From an uncultured Gammaproteobacteria bacterium (GTDB lineage: Bacteria > Patescibacteriota > Microgenomatia > Woykebacterales > RBG-16-39-9b): 64,000 nt of DNA. The stretch covers positions 15,172 to 79,171 of the forward strand of contig CAYIWY010000008.1 in NCBI GenBank assembly GCA_964367355.1, in the 5' to 3' direction. Under the pieces are notes generated by a model that made no database searches, was not told where the DNA came from, and was given only the letters and a program-made list of their open reading frames with translations. Made by a program: the position numbers and the translations under genes. Shown in pieces: positions 37,875 to 47,235 of this stretch; within the stretch, counting starts at the first letter, position 1, and each line of letters begins with the position of its first letter.

Positions 37875-38870
37875 ATGTTTTGGCAGAGGGAGACGAGTCG
37901 TCGGCAGCTTTTGGCTGGAGGATTAACAGTAGGAGTAGGAGCGGCTGCGTATCTCATGGTTGGTTGTTCCCCCGAGAAAGAGAACCAGCCTTCAGTTACT
38001 CAACCAGATCAAGTTGCAGCGGAAAAAGCAGGTGATTACTTGATTAGTTGGTTGCGAACATGGCCTAGCCAAGGACCAAAGGCCTGGCATCCAGCAGCGG
38101 TTTCGAGTATTTTTGCACTATCGTTAGCTGGTCGTGAAAAGGAAGTGGTTTTTGCCGATGGGGCTAGTGTCGATCTTTTTCTCAGTCGGGCACCTATCAC
38201 CCAAAAGGATCTTTTAAAGGCAACAACAGTTCTCGATCAAATTGCCTACATTGATTTGTCACGCGGACGACTTCCCGACTGGAAAACCCGCGAAAAGTAT
38301 TTAGCCGCGGCTATCAAGCGTGACATGCTGGATGGTAGAAACGCAGCCATGCTCTATTCGATAGCTCTGAACCGTTGGTCGCAAATTAGTGGTTACGGAA
38401 ACAGCGAGCTAACCGAAAATTTGCTTGAAAGAGTTTCGGTCAACCGTCAGATTAATGGTTGGTGTACCAATCAGGCTAGTTTGGAACAGGCAGATCAGTT
38501 GCCGAATGTTGATACCAACGCAATGGCAGTATTGGTGGGTGCAGCACCAATCAGCTTGCTTGAACTTGGCCGTCAAGGATCAGGTTGGCGTCACTTTGTC
38601 GATGACCCCGACCCAAGAGTAGAAGAAAATCTTGAGAGTACAGTAGCCGTGGGTTGGGCGAGAGGTCTTGGGAAGGAGAGTTTGGGGTTCGTTTTGGGAC
38701 TGCAAACAGTAGACGGAAGCTTCAAACACAGCCGTTCGGATCCAAAGGGTTATCCTGGTCCAACAGCCGAAGCACTGGCCTATTTTGCCTCACGAACGCA
38801 CCCGATCTTTGGTAAGTTATCAGGCAACCAACTTTCTCGAAAGGAGAGTTGGTTGCTTACTACTTGCTAA
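37875..38870 (+). CDS. putative Tat-signal lipoprotein with prenyltransferase-like repeats
   Basis: SRRQLL, hydrophobic stretch, MVGC lipobox; NVDTNA, LQTVDGSF. Confidence 0.6.
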   Translation: MFWQRETSRRQLLAGGLTVGVGAAAYLMVGCSPEKENQPSVTQPDQVAAEKAGDYLISWLRTWPSQGPKAWHPAAVSSIFALSLAGREKEVVFADGASVDLFLSRAPITQKDLLKATTVLDQIAYIDLSRGRLPDWKTREKYLAAAIKRDMLDGRNAAMLYSIALNRWSQISGYGNSELTENLLERVSVNRQINGWCTNQASLEQADQLPNVDTNAMAVLVGAAPISLLELGRQGSGWRHFVDDPDPRVEENLESTVAVGWARGLGKESLGFVLGLQTVDGSFKHSRSDPKGYPGPTAEALAYFASRTHPIFGKLSGNQLSRKESWLLTTC

Positions 38871-38901
38871 AAATTGATAATCGAAGGAGGTGAATTTAAT
38901 T

Positions 38902-39324
38902 ATGAAATCAATTCAAAAGAACATAGTCCTAGTTATAATTGCTGCTTTAATGATTTTAGGTGGTGGTTTTCTTTACCTTGATCAAAATAGAGTGAGCGAA
39001 ACCAAAAAAACTACAGTGACCGAGCAAAAGAAAGCAGTTGCTACTAATGTTTCAATCAAAGCTGATGGTCAAGAAAAGAAATACGAAGTTGAAAACTCTG
39101 TTGGTAAAACCGCACTTGAGGTTACCAAAAATGCGACGAGCGATGTTAAAATGACTGGTGAGGGAGAAAATGCCTTTATTACCGCAATTAATGGCCGAGA
39201 AGCTTCAAGTACAAAAAAGGAATTTTGGAAATTGGTTATTAACGGTAAAGATAGTGAGGTTGGAGCCGGGAGTTACACTGTAAAAGAAGGTGACTCTGTA
39301 GGTTGGGAAATTGCTACTTATTAA
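38902..39324 (+). CDS. DUF4430 domain membrane-anchored protein
   Basis: FITAING, FWKLVING..SEVGAGSY.V..GD. Confidence 0.85.
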   Translation: MKSIQKNIVLVIIAALMILGGGFLYLDQNRVSETKKTTVTEQKKAVATNVSIKADGQEKKYEVENSVGKTALEVTKNATSDVKMTGEGENAFITAINGREASSTKKEFWKLVINGKDSEVGAGSYTVKEGDSVGWEIATY

Positions 39325-39403
39325 TCTTGATATATAATTAATTAGTACTAAACTATCAGCCAGTCGGCTGACCTGCCCAATTATTACTAAGAAAGAGTTA
39401 TAA

Positions 39404-39955
39404 ATGCAGAAAGTTTTTGAAAAATTATCAAATCCAGTAATATTTGTCCTCGTTGCCGCAATCTTGCGTTTAGTGCCACATCTGCCAAACTTTGCACCGA
39501 TTAGTGCCATGGCTCTTTTTGGCGGTGCTTACTTGGGCCGGCGTTACGCTTTGGCATTACCGTTTTTGGCAATGGTTCTATCAGATCTGTTTATCGGTTT
39601 TGATAGCATCGCCTCTCGGGTAACAGTCTATGGGAGTTTTCTGCTAATCGGTTTGGTTGGTTTATGGTTGCGTAAACACCGCTCGTTCCAAAATATTGTA
39701 CTTGCGACTTTGGTATCATCAGTACTTTTCTTTGTGATTACCAACTTTGGAGTTTGGGCATTTGGAGTAATGTATCCAAAAACTTCATTTGGCCTTCTAG
39801 CTTGTTTTACCGCTGCGCTTCCGTTTTTCAGAAACACTATGGTCGGTGATATGTTTTATTCTGCCGTTTTCTTTGGCGGTTACGAGCTAGTTAGGAAACT
39901 TGCAACAAGTAACAATTTAGCTTTAGTATCTATTGGAGGAAAGAAAAATGACTAA
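39404..39955 (+). CDS. ECF-type S-component-like membrane protein (probably cobalamin)
   Basis: RLVPHLPNFAPISAMALFGG, SD, FFVITNFGVW, PFFRNT. Confidence 0.78.
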   Translation: MQKVFEKLSNPVIFVLVAAILRLVPHLPNFAPISAMALFGGAYLGRRYALALPFLAMVLSDLFIGFDSIASRVTVYGSFLLIGLVGLWLRKHRSFQNIVLATLVSSVLFFVITNFGVWAFGVMYPKTSFGLLACFTAALPFFRNTMVGDMFYSAVFFGGYELVRKLATSNNLALVSIGGKKND

Positions 39956-40184
39956 AAAAGAGAACTATGAAGTACGCGGTGAGGAAGTCCTAAAAAAGGT
40001 TAAGGAATTAATTAAAGAAGGCAATGTTCGCCGCATAATTATCAAAGATAAAAAAGATAAAGTACTGGTCGAATTTCCTTTGACAATTGGAGTAGTTGGA
40101 GCGGTTCTTGCCCCAGTTTTGGCTGCAGTGGGTGCAATCGCAGCTTTGGTGGCTGAGTGTACTATTTCGGTTGAGCGAGACTAG
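39948..40184 (+). CDS. DUF4342 family protein
   Basis: KVKELIKEGNVRRIII, P.T.GV.GA..AP.LAAVGA. Confidence 0.85.
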   Translation: MTKKENYEVRGEEVLKKVKELIKEGNVRRIIIKDKKDKVLVEFPLTIGVVGAVLAPVLAAVGAIAALVAECTISVERD

Positions 40185-40295
40185 AAACAACACTAGTTGA
40201 CAAGTCAGCTTCAAAACCTATATAATCAAAACTTCGTGAAAATTAAACAACCCGGAAACGAGTTGTTTTCTTTTGGACAATAATCGGGAGGATTT

Positions 40296-40478
40296 GTGAG
40301 TCTAGAGCAGGGAAGTTTGTGGAAGATCGTCGAAGCGTTTAATCCGCTTTCGTTGTTTGTTGCAGGGGTGTATGGAGCCTATGCAATTGCTGCAGTCCAT
40401 GATAATGATTATGGACCCTCTAATATTATCGCTCTTACAGTAGAAGAAGAGTCAGATGAAGATGAGGACGCAGCTTAA
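40296..40478 (+). CDS. 60-aa small protein with hydrophobic core and acidic tail
   Basis: GGAGG RBS, own promoter (TTGACA 40197 / TATAAT 40221) and terminator. Confidence 0.55.
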   Translation: MSLEQGSLWKIVEAFNPLSLFVAGVYGAYAIAAVHDNDYGPSNIIALTVEEESDEDEDAA

Positions 40479-40522
40479 TTTGTGATCACGCGGTAACTCT
40501 CTGAGGAAGCCGTTTGGTCAAC

Positions 40523-40566
40523 GCCCACCATATATACGCGGGGATATATGGTGGGCCTTTTCTTTT
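40523..40566 (+). terminator. intrinsic terminator
   Basis: GCCCACCATATAT-N8-ATATATGGTGGGC then CTTTTCTTTT. Confidence 0.8.
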
Positions 40567-40594
40567 CCTCAAAACTTTCTGGTATACTTTTCTC

Positions 40595-41983
40595 ATGGCA
40601 AAACTAAATCAATATATGTTTCGTGAGTACGATATTCGTGGACGTGAAAGTGAAGAAGAGCTAAACAATAATTCAGTATATTTGATTGCAAAATCTTACG
40701 GGACGTTTCTTCGGAAAAGAGGAATCATTGAGTCAGTAGTCGGTCACGATAACCGCAAAAGTTCTGAAGATTTTTATGAACAGTCAGTCAAGGGACTGCG
40801 TGAAACTGGTATTAATGTTATAGGTTTTGGAGTTGGAACAACTCCAATGATGTATTGGGCCCAATACTATTTCAAGAGCAAAGGAGGTTTGATGGTTACA
40901 GCGAGTCACAACCCTGCTGGTTGGAATGGTGTAAAACTCGCGCTCGGATACTCTTACACATTAATTGGTGATGAAGTAAAAGAAATTCAACGTGTGGCCG
41001 AGAGTGAGGAGTTCGAAAGTGGAAATGGGACTTTTCGGGAGGAAAATATTCTTAATGCCTACATAAAAGACCTAGTTTCGCGGGCAAAACTTCATAAGAA
41101 GTTGAAGGTTTTAATCAACACTGCAAACGCAACAAGCGGTATTGTTTCCCCAAAAATGCTAAGAGATTTTGGTTGTGAGGTTGTCGAGCATAATACCAAC
41201 TTAGACCCGTCTTATCCAAATTATGTCCCCAACCCAGCGAATGTTGAAATGATGGAAGATACTGGAAAGATGGTGGTAAAGAATAATTGTGATGTTGGTC
41301 TTGCAATTGATGCTGATGGGGATCGAGTTGGTGTTACTGATGAAAAAGGAAATGTGATCTGGCCTGACCGCTATATAATTTTACTTTCTCGTTTAGTTTT
41401 AGAAAAACATCCTGGAGCGAAAATAATTTTCGATGTTAAGGTTTCCGAAAGTTTACCTGAGGATATCAAGGCTCATGGAGGCGTCCCAATAATGTGGAAA
41501 ACTGGCCATTCCTATATCAAGGAAAAGTTGCATGATGAAAAAGCTGCCTTTGCTGGTGAAATGAGTGGGCATATCTTTTTTGTCGAGGATTTCTATGGTT
41601 TTGATGATGCCAATTTTGCCGCCTTGAAGTTGCTAGAATATATTTCCAAACAAAAAGAACCTCTTTCAGAAATAATTAAGAAAACTCCTTATTATGTTTC
41701 AACCCCAACCTATCAGGCGCATTGTGGAGATGATGTTAAATATCAGGTTGTTGATAAATTAACGCAAGAATTCAAAAATGAAGGTTACAGGGTAGTTGAT
41801 ATTAATGGGGCGAGGGTTTACCTTGAAGATGGCTGGGGATTAGTTCGAGCTTCGTCAAACTTGCCAGCGCTGGTTATTCGTTTTGAGGCTAAGACCCAAG
41901 CTGGATTAGAAAAAATTGAAAAAATCTTTAAAGATAAGTTTTCTAAATACCCAGAAATTGGGATTGAATTGGAGTCAGCTTGA
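40595..41983 (+). CDS. phosphomannomutase/phosphoglucomutase
   Basis: FREYDIRG, TASHNP, DADGDR, GEMSGH, VRASS. Confidence 0.95.
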   Translation: MAKLNQYMFREYDIRGRESEEELNNNSVYLIAKSYGTFLRKRGIIESVVGHDNRKSSEDFYEQSVKGLRETGINVIGFGVGTTPMMYWAQYYFKSKGGLMVTASHNPAGWNGVKLALGYSYTLIGDEVKEIQRVAESEEFESGNGTFREENILNAYIKDLVSRAKLHKKLKVLINTANATSGIVSPKMLRDFGCEVVEHNTNLDPSYPNYVPNPANVEMMEDTGKMVVKNNCDVGLAIDADGDRVGVTDEKGNVIWPDRYIILLSRLVLEKHPGAKIIFDVKVSESLPEDIKAHGGVPIMWKTGHSYIKEKLHDEKAAFAGEMSGHIFFVEDFYGFDDANFAALKLLEYISKQKEPLSEIIKKTPYYVSTPTYQAHCGDDVKYQVVDKLTQEFKNEGYRVVDINGARVYLEDGWGLVRASSNLPALVIRFEAKTQAGLEKIEKIFKDKFSKYPEIGIELESA

Positions 41984-42741
41984 TGCTTGAAACCGCAATC
42001 AAAGCAGCCAAACTCGCAGGTGAAAAACTCGAATACTATTTCGAAACAATTCTTGAGCACGAGGAGAAGGATGATAAATCCTTTGTGACCAAGGCTGATA
42101 CTGAAGCCGACCAAATAATTATTGATTTAATTAAGAAAAATTTTCCAGAACATCAGATTTTGACAGAAGAAAACGGTGTGATTGGTGGAGAAGCGGAATA
42201 CTTGTGGGTTATCGATCCACTGGATGGAACTTTAAATTTTACTCGCGGTTTGCCCATGTTTTCGACGTCGATTGCCGTTGTTAAAGAAAACGAACCAGTC
42301 GTTGCGGTTGTTTACAACCCTATTACAAACTCTCTTTTTACTGCTGAAAAGGGCAAAGGAGCTTTTTGGAACGGAGAAAAGATACAGGTTTCAGAAATAA
42401 ACAGCGTTGAAGAAGCAATTGTTTCGATGGGCAGGGCTCGCGATAGCGATAATAAAGAAAAAACGCTGGGAATTTATAATAAATTTTACCCAAAGCTAAA
42501 AAGCCAGAGAGTACTAGGGAGCGCAGCACTAGAACTTGCTTGGGTTGCTTCGGGGCGATTGGAAGGATTTGTTTCTGTTGGGCTAAAAAAATGGGATTGC
42601 TTTGCCGGAATATTATTGATTACAGAATCTGGTGGAAAGGTAACTGATTTTGTTGGCAAAAACTGGACAAGTGAAGAAACCCATTTTATCGCTTCGAACG
42701 GAAGAGTTCACGACAAACTAATTGAGATCATCTCAGCTTGA
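41983..42741 (+). CDS. inositol monophosphatase family (SuhB-like)
   Basis: EE, WVIDPLDGTLNF, GSAAL, WD..AG. Confidence 0.92.
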   Translation: MLETAIKAAKLAGEKLEYYFETILEHEEKDDKSFVTKADTEADQIIIDLIKKNFPEHQILTEENGVIGGEAEYLWVIDPLDGTLNFTRGLPMFSTSIAVVKENEPVVAVVYNPITNSLFTAEKGKGAFWNGEKIQVSEINSVEEAIVSMGRARDSDNKEKTLGIYNKFYPKLKSQRVLGSAALELAWVASGRLEGFVSVGLKKWDCFAGILLITESGGKVTDFVGKNWTSEETHFIASNGRVHDKLIEIISA

Positions 42742-42774
42742 CAATGAAGCTAAATTTCCTTGATAATTAGTTCA

Positions 42775-43815
42775 ATGTCTGCTGTTCAAAATATTTTTAA
42801 TAATCTCCTCTCTTCCGTCGAAAGCTGGACCCACTCATCAAAAGCCGCAGTTGTAATCACTTTATTTATTTTTGCTGCTATCCCCTTGACAGTTATTGGA
42901 CTCTTTAATTTAAGAAGTTTTACCCCAAGCGCCGCTGCTTCATTACCAACTAAGCTCTCTCCAAGCGGTACAATCCAAACTAATGCCCCGCTTTTCACCT
43001 GGGAATGCAACTGTACTGCAAACACCTATCGTCTGCAGTTAAAGGAAGGAGATAGTAATTTTGAAAACGGAAGTTGGCAAAAAGATGTGATTGGGATTAA
43101 GGGTGTGAATACAAGTCAGTATGGGGGTTGGAATTCGTTGAATTATCCAAAAGCGCCAGAAACATTAATAACCGGCAAAACATATTATTGGACCGTTGCT
43201 TGCTTGGATGGAAGTTGTAGTAAATCTAATCCGGTAAGTTTTTTGATTCAATCAAAGGACAAAGAGAAACCAACTGTTCCAGAGGGGTTAAAAATTACAG
43301 ATATGAGTCAGGATAGTTTTAATTTGGTTTGGAATCAAAGTTCCGATAATGTTCAAGTTTCTGGTTATCAAGTTTTAGAAGAACTTGGCGGCACTGCTCC
43401 AGACAAAAAAAATGTGATTACAAATTCTTTTCAAATAGCCCCGTACACCGGTTCCCAAAAGTACAGTTTTTCAGTTGCAGCGGTAGATGAAGCTGGTAAT
43501 GTTTCAAGTTTCTCCCAAAAACTTTCGTATATAGCACCAGATAAAGATTCTGATAAAGATGGATTTTTTGATTCGACTGAGATATATCTTGGTACGAGTG
43601 TGAATGTTGCCTGTCTGGGTCATTGGTCCTGGCCGCCAGATATGAATGATGATGGGATTGTTAACGACACAGATGTCCAAATAACTACACAAAATGTTGG
43701 TTTGGTAAGATCTTCAATTAGTAGTACAGCTTCGAGATATGATTTAGATCAAGATGGTACCATCACTCAAAAGGATGTAAGTATTGTCAGAAGTTATCTT
43801 GGAAAAAAGTGCTAA
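42775..43815 (+). CDS. membrane-anchored protein with fibronectin-III and dockerin/EF-hand-like domains
   Basis: TM; W..SSDNV.V.GY..AVDEAGNVS; DMNDDGIVN..D, DLDQDGTI...D. Confidence 0.75.
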   Translation: MSAVQNIFNNLLSSVESWTHSSKAAVVITLFIFAAIPLTVIGLFNLRSFTPSAAASLPTKLSPSGTIQTNAPLFTWECNCTANTYRLQLKEGDSNFENGSWQKDVIGIKGVNTSQYGGWNSLNYPKAPETLITGKTYYWTVACLDGSCSKSNPVSFLIQSKDKEKPTVPEGLKITDMSQDSFNLVWNQSSDNVQVSGYQVLEELGGTAPDKKNVITNSFQIAPYTGSQKYSFSVAAVDEAGNVSSFSQKLSYIAPDKDSDKDGFFDSTEIYLGTSVNVACLGHWSWPPDMNDDGIVNDTDVQITTQNVGLVRSSISSTASRYDLDQDGTITQKDVSIVRSYLGKKC

Positions 43816-43860
43816 TCTCTTGAACTACCATCTTTTTTCCGTCATTATTAACTAACAGCT

Positions 43861-44964
43861 ATGATTTCCATTGCCCTAAGAAATCTTTTTGGTGAAAAAA
43901 CCCGTCTTTTGATCTCCATCGGGGGTGTAGCCTTTAGCGTCATGTTGATTCTTATCATCCTTTCCCTCTATCGCGGTTGGCAAATTAAATCAACAGAATA
44001 CATTCGGAATGTTGGTAACGATATTTGGGTGACCCAGGCAAATTCAGCTGACATGAATACCAGCGCTTCGATTATTCCGACTTCAATGGACGGACAAATA
44101 GAAAAAATAGATGGGGTCAAAGAAATCTACCGTTTTATCGGAAAACCCTTGCAAGTTCAGATCAAAGATAAAACAGTTAATATGTATGTTGTCGGATATG
44201 ATATTAATAAAAAAATTTCTGGTCCGAAAAAGATTGTAGCGGGTCGGGGTAACCCAACGGGTAATGAAATTGTTTTAGATCAGGTTCTAGCCAGTAGTCA
44301 CAAAATTTCCCTTGGGGACTATATTACTATTTTTAGTACCCCGTTTGAGGTTGTTGGAATTACGCAAGGAGCAAATATGTTTCTTTTTCAGTTTGCCTTT
44401 ATTGAGCAGAAGAAAGCAGCCGAAATTTTTAAGATGGATAATTTGGCAACATATTATTTAGTAAACGCCGAAAGCTCAAAAATAGATAATGTTGTTTCGG
44501 AAATAAAAAATATTTCAGGTATTGATGCTCTAACAACCAAGGATTTCGCCCAAAAAAATAAAGAAACAATCGATGAAGTTTTCGTTCCGATCATACTTGT
44601 TTTAGTCGCCATAAGTATTTTGGTTGGTACTGCAGTAATTGGTTTAACGATTTATACTGCAACTGTTGAAAAATCAAGGGAGTTTGGTGTTCTTAAGGCT
44701 TTGGGGGGATCAAATATGCAGATTTACCGAATTATTTTTGAGCAAGCATTAGTTAGTGGTTTAATTGGATACTTTTTAGGGGTTGGTTTAACATATTTTG
44801 TCTTATGGTTAATTCCACAATATGTGTCGGTTTTTGTCACAGTTACTCTGGTAGGAGATTTAATTATGGTTTTTGTAATTTCAATGATAATGAGTTTAGT
44901 AGCGTCTTATACTCCAGTCCGAAGAATAGTGAAAATTGATCCGGCGTTAGTATTTAAATCTTAG
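43861..44964 (+). CDS. ABC transporter permease, FtsX/MacB family
   Basis: ALRNL, periplasmic loop, REFGVLKALG, DPALVF. Confidence 0.9.
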   Translation: MISIALRNLFGEKTRLLISIGGVAFSVMLILIILSLYRGWQIKSTEYIRNVGNDIWVTQANSADMNTSASIIPTSMDGQIEKIDGVKEIYRFIGKPLQVQIKDKTVNMYVVGYDINKKISGPKKIVAGRGNPTGNEIVLDQVLASSHKISLGDYITIFSTPFEVVGITQGANMFLFQFAFIEQKKAAEIFKMDNLATYYLVNAESSKIDNVVSEIKNISGIDALTTKDFAQKNKETIDEVFVPIILVLVAISILVGTAVIGLTIYTATVEKSREFGVLKALGGSNMQIYRIIFEQALVSGLIGYFLGVGLTYFVLWLIPQYVSVFVTVTLVGDLIMVFVISMIMSLVASYTPVRRIVKIDPALVFKS

Positions 44965-45807
44965 ATGAAATTTGAACAACCAGAAGTTTTGAAAATTGAA
45001 AAAGTTTCAAAAGTCTACGGAGTAGGCAATATCGAGGTTCGGGCTGTTGACAGCGTAGATTTGGTCGCAAAAAGCGGTGAAATCGTATTAATCATGGGTC
45101 CTTCTGGAAGTGGAAAAACCACTCTTATCACTATGGCTGGAGCTTTGTTAAAACCAACTACCGGGGAAATATATATTGATGGTGAGAATATAGTAACAAT
45201 GTCAGAGAAATCTCGGATAAATATTCGCCGTCATAAAATTGGATTTATTTTCCAGGCCTTTAATCTCTTATCCAATCTCTCGGCATTGGAGAATGTTTTG
45301 GTTCCACTTGGTCTTGTTGGCGTTAAAAGAGAAATTGCCAGAAAAAAAGCAGAAGGTTTGCTTTCAACCTTTGATCTTTCAGAAAGAGCACGTTTTATTC
45401 CCGAAAAACTTTCCGGAGGAGAAAAGCAGAGAGTTTCAATTGCCAGAGCTATGGCCAACGATCCCAAGCTTATTTTAGCGGATGAACCAACTGCCAATCT
45501 GGATTCGCAACGTGGGCGTGAAGTCATGCGGCTTTTGAAATCAGTCGCCAAAAATATGGGTAAAACAGTAGTAATCGTTAGTCACGACCAAAGATTGATG
45601 GAAATAGCTGATCGGATTTTGTGGCTAGAAGACGGACGATTTAAAGATATGGAAAGTTTAGAAACAGATCCCAATTGTGGCGCACAGGTGATTGATAAAG
45701 CAGCAACAGCTACCCTGTCTTACCGCGGGAAAAAATATTTCTTTTGCTCAGGGGGGTGTAAAAAAGAATATATCGAGAAAAATAGGATTCCTGCGAATTA
45801 TTACTAA
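44965..45807 (+). CDS. ABC transporter ATPase (LolD/MacB-like) with C-terminal YHS/TRASH domain
   Basis: GPSGSGKT, LSGGEKQR, DEPTANLD; DPNCG...YRGKKYFFCSGGC. Confidence 0.9.
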   Translation: MKFEQPEVLKIEKVSKVYGVGNIEVRAVDSVDLVAKSGEIVLIMGPSGSGKTTLITMAGALLKPTTGEIYIDGENIVTMSEKSRINIRRHKIGFIFQAFNLLSNLSALENVLVPLGLVGVKREIARKKAEGLLSTFDLSERARFIPEKLSGGEKQRVSIARAMANDPKLILADEPTANLDSQRGREVMRLLKSVAKNMGKTVVIVSHDQRLMEIADRILWLEDGRFKDMESLETDPNCGAQVIDKAATATLSYRGKKYFFCSGGCKKEYIEKNRIPANYY

Positions 45808-46070
45808 ATGCAGTAATCCTGCGAGCAAGAACTCTAAGGATTCCCGCAAACTATTTCTAGCACTAATCCTGCGAATCGGAATTCCTTAGGATTCCCGAAA
45901 ATTACTACTAACGAAGTTTGAAGTTCTTACTTATTAATCTTCGACAATCCTGCGAATCAGAATTTTTCATATCCCCGCGAGCTACTAATTTTGAGCAACT
46001 CAAAATTTGCAGAGAGCAGAGCGATCTTAGATTTCTTAATTACAGAGCGCGAAGCGATCTATTTCTGAAC
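45784..46070. repeat. degenerate ~50-bp tandem repeats with internal inverted repeats
   Basis: AATCCTGCGA at 45815, 45865, 45946; AGGATTCC at 45784, 45837, 45888. Confidence 0.7.
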
Positions 46071-46071
46071 A

Positions 46072-47151
46072 CTACCACTGTGGTAAGTATTCTCGGTAAT
46101 TTTTCGGATTGATTATAACTTGTTCAACATTTTCCTCAACGATTTTTCGGGCAACTTTTCTTAAAACCCCGTTGATAGTTCGTTCAATATTTCGGATATC
46201 AAGTTCGTAGCCAAAAGGTTTTACCATGAGTGGCCAGACATCGCTGCTAAATTGAACTTTTGAGGAGTCCACAGAAGTATTGGCGAGTTCTCTTGGAAGA
46301 AGATAGTCACGGGCGATTATAATCTTATCTTCGTCAGTGTAGCGCGGCATTATGATCGTTTCGAGACGGTCCATAACAGCACTGGTGATATTACCCATGC
46401 GGTTTGCCGAACAGATAAATAACGCTTCCGAAAGATCAATCGGGTAGTTTATGTAATAGTCAGTGAAGGCGCTGTTTTGCTCGGGATCGAGTAGCTCGAG
46501 CAGAACTCCCATAATGTCACTTTCGGCTCCACGCGCTATGGAATCTATTTCATCAAGTAAAATTACCGGGTTTTTTGTTTTGGATTTTACCAAATTTCGA
46601 ACAACTGCTCCTGGTTCAGCTTGAGCGTAGGAACGCGGTTGCCCTCGAAGGATCATCGGGTTGCTCATTCCTCCCATGGCGATGCGGATAAATTTACGTC
46701 CCATACTTTCTGCGATTGAAGCAGCAAAAGAAGTTTTTCCGGTACCAGGCAAACCAATAAAACACAAAACACTAGAACGGTTTGATTTAATTACATTTCC
46801 GCCAGACTGTTCTGACTGAAGTTTGAGAACTGAAAGATATTCCATCAATCTGCTCTTGATACTTTCTAGTCCGTAATGACTTTTATCGAGAATTTCTTTA
46901 GCTGTTTTGATATCAAGATTATCTTCAGAACGATTTGTCCAAGGGATTCCCAATATCCATTCGACATAACGTGCAGCTTGTTCGAATTCGGTTTGATAAA
47001 CACCGTGTTGCATGGCTCGATTGAGTCGGACCAAGGTCTCTTTAATACTTTCTTTTAAATCAGGTGGGATTGACGCCGACTCAATTTTGCTTTGGAGAGT
47101 CGATATTTCTAAGAGAATATTTTCACCTTCATTTTCTTTGGCAGTGGGCAT
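46072..47151 (-). CDS. Lon-like AAA+ ATPase lacking both the protease domain and most of the N-domain
   Basis: IPW, LDKSHYGL, GLPGTGKTS, NPVILLDEID, LLELLDPEQN, DRLE. Confidence 0.85.
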   Translation of the reverse strand: MPTAKENEGENILLEISTLQSKIESASIPPDLKESIKETLVRLNRAMQHGVYQTEFEQAARYVEWILGIPWTNRSEDNLDIKTAKEILDKSHYGLESIKSRLMEYLSVLKLQSEQSGGNVIKSNRSSVLCFIGLPGTGKTSFAASIAESMGRKFIRIAMGGMSNPMILRGQPRSYAQAEPGAVVRNLVKSKTKNPVILLDEIDSIARGAESDIMGVLLELLDPEQNSAFTDYYINYPIDLSEALFICSANRMGNITSAVMDRLETIIMPRYTDEDKIIIARDYLLPRELANTSVDSSKVQFSSDVWPLMVKPFGYELDIRNIERTINGVLRKVARKIVEENVEQVIINPKNYREYLPQW

Positions 47152-47235
47152 ACTAATTAATTCTAGTTTAGATCAAAGTTTTCGTCAAACCTGCTGGTTG
47201 AGCTGTTTGTTTAACTTTGGCATAATAAGCTCTCC

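Noticed and set aside
45784-46070. CRISPR array
   Set aside because: Repeats are degenerate, intervening sequences resemble each other rather than unique spacers, and no cas genes are present.
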